A stretch of DNA of 64,000 nt from Bdellovibrionota bacterium (GTDB lineage: Bacteria > Bdellovibrionota_C > UBA2361 > SZUA-149 > CAZDWZ01): NCBI GenBank assembly GCA_046328905.1, contig JAXLVP010000001.1:2030731-2094730 (forward strand), in the 5' to 3' direction. The position numbers and the translations under genes were made by a program. The notes beneath the pieces were generated by a model. The model searched no databases. It had not been told where the DNA came from and worked only from the letters and a program-made list of their open reading frames with translations. Each line of letters starts with the position of its first letter. Position 1 is the first letter of the stretch. Below are positions 59,369-64,000 of this stretch, in pieces.

Positions 59369-60196
59369 TCACTCCCTGAGCACTGCTACTTCGAGAAGCT
59401 CTGAATCGATCTTCAGCCCCAAGCGATGGGCAAGTGGAAGATCGACCGCGATGCGCGCGCGATTCGACTCTGCGAAGAGTTGCATCACGCAATTTCCCCA
59501 CTGAACTCTCTCCACGGAACAAACGGAGAGAAGCGGGTGATTTTTCAGTTGTTCGACAAATCCTCGGTCGTTCGTCAACACATCCGATCCGACGAAAACG
59601 ACGTTGCACTGCTGAAGCAGAACGCTGCTGCCGCGCTCCGCAAATGTGACTCGGATCTTTTTTCCGCGGGCCGATTTTCCTCGAACGGTATCAGCGATGA
59701 ACCCGTTGAGCGGGTCGGACCCGACGACGCAAAGCGAAATAGGGGCGCCGGGTCCATTGGATGGAGACCCTGCCGACGCATCTTCCGACGAACTTTGCGT
59801 GCTGCCGGAGGACGCTTCGGGCAATGAAACGAATTTCACGAGGTAGTAGACGAGAGCTGCCCGAATCTTCCCTGAACGATCTTCGACCGTATCGGCGAGC
59901 GCCGATGAAGGCGCAATCACAACTAAAAAATAAAACACAGCAGATACGAGAACGCAAACGCGTCTGCGGTGTCCGGCGACGCTGCGCCGAATCTCGGAGC
60001 GAGGCGAGAGCTTTGCGGAGAATCGGTTTCTCACATTGTTGCCGGTGAAGCTGCTCTTCGATGCGGTCATGTTCGCGACGGGCATATCACCCGCTTTGCT
60101 GATGAACGCACGCGAGTGCCGTTCGATGAACGATCGACTGAAGTATCTGCGCTGCGGAGCTTCGGCGCGACAGCTTTCTTTCGAGATCGCTCGCAT
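59369..60196 (-). CDS. Secreted DUF4154 / YfiR-like periplasmic protein
   Basis: A signal peptide (RRRVCVLVSAVFYFLVVIAPSSALA) and C-terminal blocks (ISLCVVGSDP, VVFVGSD, IAVDLPLAHRLGLKIDSELLEVAVL) that resemble the YfiR family. The start is uncertain within the ORF. Confidence 0.45.
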   Translation of the reverse strand: MRAISKESCRAEAPQRRYFSRSFIERHSRAFISKAGDMPVANMTASKSSFTGNNVRNRFSAKLSPRSEIRRSVAGHRRRVCVLVSAVFYFLVVIAPSSALADTVEDRSGKIRAALVYYLVKFVSLPEASSGSTQSSSEDASAGSPSNGPGAPISLCVVGSDPLNGFIADTVRGKSARGKKIRVTFAERGSSVLLQQCNVVFVGSDVLTNDRGFVEQLKNHPLLSVCSVERVQWGNCVMQLFAESNRARIAVDLPLAHRLGLKIDSELLEVAVLRE

Positions 60197-60390
60197 TTAG
60201 GGAGTTATGGGACAATCCTCCCCATGCTTGTAAAATATCGGCTCAAATCACGGCAAGTCCGAATTTATTGTCGCAAATTGCAACAGCCCAAGCGTTGATT
60301 GCGTGGGGTCGTTGTTGTACATCGCTGACTTTGCGCGACCGTTTCTGCTTTCCGGCCGCGACCAACGACCCATTACAGCGCCGAAAGAAC

Positions 60391-62031
60391 ATGGCCCCGA
60401 GAAGCGCAACATCACACCGGATGCTGTTCACCGGCGCCCGTTTTTCCGCTGCTGTTGCGCGGTGGATCCACTGCCTCGGAGCGGATTCGGTTATCGTGAG
60501 CACTGAGCGATGTGCCGATTTCGTGCAAGGTTGTGAGCCGAAGCACGCTGTGCCGCCCGCTCTTCTCCGTCCCGTATCTGTCCACCAGCTTCGCGAGCTC
60601 GTGCAGATCGCCGCTGAGTTTTCGATTCCCATCCATCCGGTCAGCCGCGGGAAAAATTGGGGCTACGGCTCCGCGTCGGCGTCACAAGAGGGCTGCGTCG
60701 TGGTCGATCTCGGCGCGTTGAACCGTGTTCTCGAGGTAAACGCCGACCTCGCATACGCCGTGATCGAACCAGGCGTCACTCAGGAGCAGCTCTACCGCTA
60801 CCTCGAGGAGCAGAACATACCACTGATGGTCGACGTCACCGGTGCACCACCCAGTGCGAGCATCGTCGGAAACACCATTGAGCGGGGATACGGCTACACC
60901 CCCTACAGTGATCATTTTGCTCATACGGCATGCTTCGAAGTGTTGCTTTCGGACGGAACCTTGTTTGAAACCGGGTTCGGTCGCTTTGCAAATGCTCGGG
61001 CAAAATACCTTCATAAAACGGGCATCGGCCCGTCGCTCGACGGTTTGTTCACCCAGTCGAACTTCGGCATCGTGACGAAGATGGCCGTCTGGTTGATGCC
61101 GAAGCCTGATCGCTGTGCAGCGTATGTCGTTCAGGCGCAGAACGACGCTGAGCTTGCACGAATGTTGGTCGCATTGCGGGACCTGAAGCTCCGCGGTTTG
61201 GTCGAAGGCAGTCCTCATGTGGTGAACGATTTGCGTTCGCTGTCGTTGCTCGCCCAGTTTCCTTTCGACTCATCCAGTCCGGACACATTCGGTGAGAATG
61301 AGCTGAGCATTCTTCGAAAGCGGTGGGGAGTAGCCCCCTGGACCTGCATCGGTGGCCTTTGGGGCACGGAAGGTCAGGTCGCAGAATCCGCTCGCGCAAT
61401 TGCTGAACGGATGAAATCCGCCGGTCTGACCGAGCCGCAAATTCTCTCCGCGCTCGAGGTCTCGGGAGACCAGCACGATTGCACTCTTCCCAAAACCGAG
61501 GAGGAGCTTACCCGCTACCGCGCCGAATTGATGTCTGCCTTGGTGAGCGGCATTCCTACCATGCGCGCGATTCCAGGGATGTATTGGCGGAAGCGCCAAC
61601 CGGCGAACCGCTCGAGCTTGGATCCAATCCGAGATAAATGCGGCCTGCTCTGGTGCTCGCCGGTGATTCCGCTCACAGAAGCAGACTCTAACCTGCTCAT
61701 GTCGATCATTCGCGGCACGTGCAGAGAGCGCCGACTGGAAGTGAACGTCGCACTCGCTCTTGTCAACGATCGCACAGCGACGGCGACAGTCGGGCTTTTC
61801 TTTGATCCTGCCGAGCCCGAGCAGCGAGCAGCAGTCGAGGAGGCATACTCAACGCTTTTGCGACGTTTCGCGGAGTCGGGGTACTTCCCCTATCGAGGAG
61901 CCGATACGCTGAGTGAGCTCTGCGGCGCTCCGAATCAATCGGAGATAGCGTTTCAGCAGGTCTGTTATCGCATCAAGAGCGCGCTTGACCCGCAACATAT
62001 TGTTTCGCCCAATCGTTACGGCATCATTTGA
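60391..62031 (+). CDS. FAD-linked oxidase of the VAO/PCMH family (p-cresol methylhydroxylase PchF / vanillyl-alcohol oxidase-like)
   Basis: The FAD_binding_4 region VSRGKNWGYGSAS...VDLGALNRVLEVNADLAYAVIEPGVTQEQLYRYLEEQNIPLMVDVTGAPPSASIVGNTIERGYGYTPYSDHF closely mirrors the PchF/VAO N-terminal domain. The start was chosen at the internal Met. Confidence 0.75.
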   Translation: MAPRSATSHRMLFTGARFSAAVARWIHCLGADSVIVSTERCADFVQGCEPKHAVPPALLRPVSVHQLRELVQIAAEFSIPIHPVSRGKNWGYGSASASQEGCVVVDLGALNRVLEVNADLAYAVIEPGVTQEQLYRYLEEQNIPLMVDVTGAPPSASIVGNTIERGYGYTPYSDHFAHTACFEVLLSDGTLFETGFGRFANARAKYLHKTGIGPSLDGLFTQSNFGIVTKMAVWLMPKPDRCAAYVVQAQNDAELARMLVALRDLKLRGLVEGSPHVVNDLRSLSLLAQFPFDSSSPDTFGENELSILRKRWGVAPWTCIGGLWGTEGQVAESARAIAERMKSAGLTEPQILSALEVSGDQHDCTLPKTEEELTRYRAELMSALVSGIPTMRAIPGMYWRKRQPANRSSLDPIRDKCGLLWCSPVIPLTEADSNLLMSIIRGTCRERRLEVNVALALVNDRTATATVGLFFDPAEPEQRAAVEEAYSTLLRRFAESGYFPYRGADTLSELCGAPNQSEIAFQQVCYRIKSALDPQHIVSPNRYGII

Positions 62032-62138
62032 TCGTGCCGCAACCGCGTTTTTGATCGGTTTTTGAGGTCCGTTCGTTGTCGTTGGTGACGCCGAGCGGGA
62101 GACACACAATTGCGAAGAAGGGGAGAATTCAAACCAGA

Positions 62139-63497
62139 ATGGAAGTCGGGCTCGCTGCAGATTTCTCGGAACGTTGCCAAGCGTGGCACTTGGTGCACCG
62201 CCAATACACAAGAAAGGGCCTTTCTCCGGCGAACCCGAGCAGGATGCTGTTTTCACCGCTCGACCTGCTTCCAACCTCTGTCACGGCCGTCGCACACGAA
62301 GCAGGCGACCTTGTCGGCACGATGTCCGCAGTCATCTGTCCGGTCGGTGCGCTCCCATCGGGCAAACAATTTGAAGCGGATTTAGAGGAGTTCGGCGTCG
62401 AGGGGCGGATCGTTTGCGAGTTCACAAAGCTCGCTTGCGTCGATGACCGCGGCCCCATCGGTGAGCAGGCAGTCCTCTGGATCGTCGGCTATCTTCTCGA
62501 ATGGTGCTCGCGGAATCTGGTTGATGACGTTTTTTGTGTCACGCATCCGCGGCACGCGCTCGCATGGAATCGCATCTTCGGATGGTCGCCAATCAGTGCG
62601 GTGAAGTCGTGCCCGCACGTCAACGCTGCGCCGGGGGTATTGCTCCATATTGACTTACGAAGGCTGCAAAGCGACCGCGCAGCCATCAGCGTCCGGGGAC
62701 GAAGGATCCTGAGCGAGTGCGCAGGAATGTGTCGCCAGGGGGCGACATCCTACCGGATGACCGGCTCGGAAGCCGCCCTGTTGATGCTCCAATGCCCGGA
62801 CCCGATTGACCGCACAAACACGATTCAGCGGAGCCTGCTGACTCGCTACTATCCCTGGGCGACCACATTTATCGAGCGTTTCATGAGCTCTGCCGCGGAA
62901 CCGTGGCGCCCGCTCTCATTCACTTCGCTGCGGAAGCCCCATCGGGAGAGAGGATATTCTTTCTCACTCCACGGCCCTCGGCCGGATTCGAGCCAGCCGC
63001 CCGAGCTGTTCAGTGGAGAGGAGCCTCGCTTTCTCGTCGTTGGAGGAACGCCTTATCTACAGTCCGTGATGCGCCGTCAGCTGCGAGACCGAAACTACCA
63101 CTGCTCGATAGTACGAGACCCGGCGATCGCTCGGAAGCATGCGCAGCGAGAACGATTCGACCTGGTGCTGCTCAGCGAAAAGCTGCAGGGGGAGCAGGGT
63201 CAGCTCTTTGCGGACGAAATCAGAGACGTCGATGGCGCTCTGAGAAGGCACACCCCGATTTTACAGCTCAGAGCCGCGCAAACTTCAGGTGAGACTCTCC
63301 GCCGCGGAGGCGAACGCCCCTTGAAACAGTGGGTTTACGAGTACTCCTCCCCCACCCTCCTTCTCCGTGCGCTGGACACACTCTCATCGGCACCGCCGAA
63401 GCGGGATTACCAAGCGTATGCGGAGGAACTGAGCGGGTGGTCGAGAGAAACCGTTCGACAGCGCGAACGAGCCGCAGCGCATGCGGGACGGGCGTGA
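62139..63497 (+). CDS. Fusion protein: N-terminal FeeM-family N-acyl amino acid synthase-like GNAT domain plus C-terminal degenerate (pseudo-)receiver domain
   Basis: The N-terminal ~240 aa follows the pattern of FeeM / PEP-CTERM-associated N-acyltransferases (a LxHRxY block, a central hydrophobic core and HPRHALAWNRIFGW). The C-terminus has a receiver-like alpha/beta pattern, but VVGGTP replaces the acidic DD pair, LVLLSEKL places Ser where the phospho-Asp should be, and PILQLRA follows. Confidence 0.5.
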   Translation: MEVGLAADFSERCQAWHLVHRQYTRKGLSPANPSRMLFSPLDLLPTSVTAVAHEAGDLVGTMSAVICPVGALPSGKQFEADLEEFGVEGRIVCEFTKLACVDDRGPIGEQAVLWIVGYLLEWCSRNLVDDVFCVTHPRHALAWNRIFGWSPISAVKSCPHVNAAPGVLLHIDLRRLQSDRAAISVRGRRILSECAGMCRQGATSYRMTGSEAALLMLQCPDPIDRTNTIQRSLLTRYYPWATTFIERFMSSAAEPWRPLSFTSLRKPHRERGYSFSLHGPRPDSSQPPELFSGEEPRFLVVGGTPYLQSVMRRQLRDRNYHCSIVRDPAIARKHAQRERFDLVLLSEKLQGEQGQLFADEIRDVDGALRRHTPILQLRAAQTSGETLRRGGERPLKQWVYEYSSPTLLLRALDTLSSAPPKRDYQAYAEELSGWSRETVRQRERAAAHAGRA

Positions 63498-63522
63498 AGA
63501 CGCACGAGATGGGGTGACGACA

Positions 63523-63771
63523 ATGGGAAACCGATTCGGATCATCCAATAAACGCGAGGCCAAGGCTGAGAAGGCTCCCGTCGAGGCCCCGGCTTCCTTC
63601 CGGAAGCAGGTTCGGCTATTCGAAATCGAAGTGGTCGAAGATGCGCTCCGGCTGAACAACTTCAATGAGTCACAGACGGCGAGATATCTCAAAATGGACC
63701 GGAATACACTCAGACGCATCCGTGCTCGAGCGCGGCAGCAGCGTAGGAATGACGAAAAAAGCGGTGGCTAA
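63523..63771 (+). CDS. Standalone Fis-type helix-turn-helix DNA-binding protein (resembles the NtrC C-terminal HTH)
   Basis: VEDALRLNNFNESQTARYLKMDRNTLRRIRA is a typical Fis/NtrC-family HTH. 83 aa from the internal Met. Confidence 0.55.
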   Translation: MGNRFGSSNKREAKAEKAPVEAPASFRKQVRLFEIEVVEDALRLNNFNESQTARYLKMDRNTLRRIRARARQQRRNDEKSGG

Positions 63772-64000
63772 TGCGCGTTCGTTGTCGACCCGGGTTCAGC
63801 GTCCTTGATGAGGAAGCTCTCGATTGTCGAAAGGAGCGTATCCTTGTCGATTGGCTTGTTGAGAAAAGCGTCCATCCCGCAGTCGATACACTTCTGGAGT
63901 CCGTCCGGGCCCACGCTGGCCGTGAACGCGACGATCGGGAGGTGGTTCTGCGCCCCCTGTTCCCGCTCACGAATAACGCGCGTTGCTTGAAATCCGTCGA
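63768..64000 (-). CDS. 3' end of a receiver-domain-containing protein (response regulator or hybrid histidine kinase), truncated by the window end
   Basis: Minus-strand translation gives ...IREREQGAQNHLPIVAFTASVGPDGLQKCIDCGMDAFLNKPIDKDTLLSTIESFLIKD*, a classic receiver C-terminus. It is convergent with the Fis-HTH gene, with a 4-bp overlap. Confidence 0.55.
   Translation of the reverse strand, partial: DGFQATRVIREREQGAQNHLPIVAFTASVGPDGLQKCIDCGMDAFLNKPIDKDTLLSTIESFLIKDAEPGSTTNAH

Noticed and set aside
52800-64000. Whether the right-hand accessory locus is a mobile or horizontally acquired island (looked for integrase, transposase, flanking tRNA and direct repeats).
   Set aside because: No integrase or transposase genes and no tRNA or attachment-like repeats are visible within the window. 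GC content appears similar to the rest. There is no support for a mobile element call.

Overview
This is a high-GC bacterial chromosomal window that is densely coding. No tRNA or rRNA genes, CRISPR arrays, transposases or integrases were found. Most of it is conserved housekeeping sequence surrounding the chromosomal replication origin. The gene order runs: a 5'-truncated glgX; an ECF sigma / anti-sigma module; rRNA methyltransferases; alaS; a 7TM-HD (PgpH-like) phosphohydrolase; ybeY; an ExoX-like exonuclease; a PrsW-like protease; hrpB; prfB with its conserved +1 frameshift; aroC; mpl; hemH; an IscS-like desulfurase; accC; trxB; atpI-atpB-atpE followed by a DUF62 SAM hydrolase; dnaA-oriC-dnaN-recF-gyrB-gyrA; gpsA; and rpmH-rnpA-yidD-yidC-mnmE. 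The right-hand ~11 kb (about 52.8-64 kb) looks accessory and is the most interesting part. It contains a standalone receiver, an Hpt protein, and two divergent operons. The minus-strand operon reads DUF4154/YfiR-like, a GT1 (MGT-type) glycosyltransferase, a Zn-ribbon SAM methyltransferase, a TonB-dependent receptor and a membrane di-iron desaturase/hydroxylase. The plus-strand operon reads a PchF/VAO-type flavoprotein oxidase, a FeeM-family N-acyl amino acid synthase fused to a degenerate receiver domain, and a standalone Fis-type HTH. I propose this as a candidate, undescribed, two-component-regulated system that synthesises and tailors an N-acyl amino acid (N-acyl-tyrosine-like) lipid signal. 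All domain calls come from my own reading of the translated ORFs; no database searches were run.
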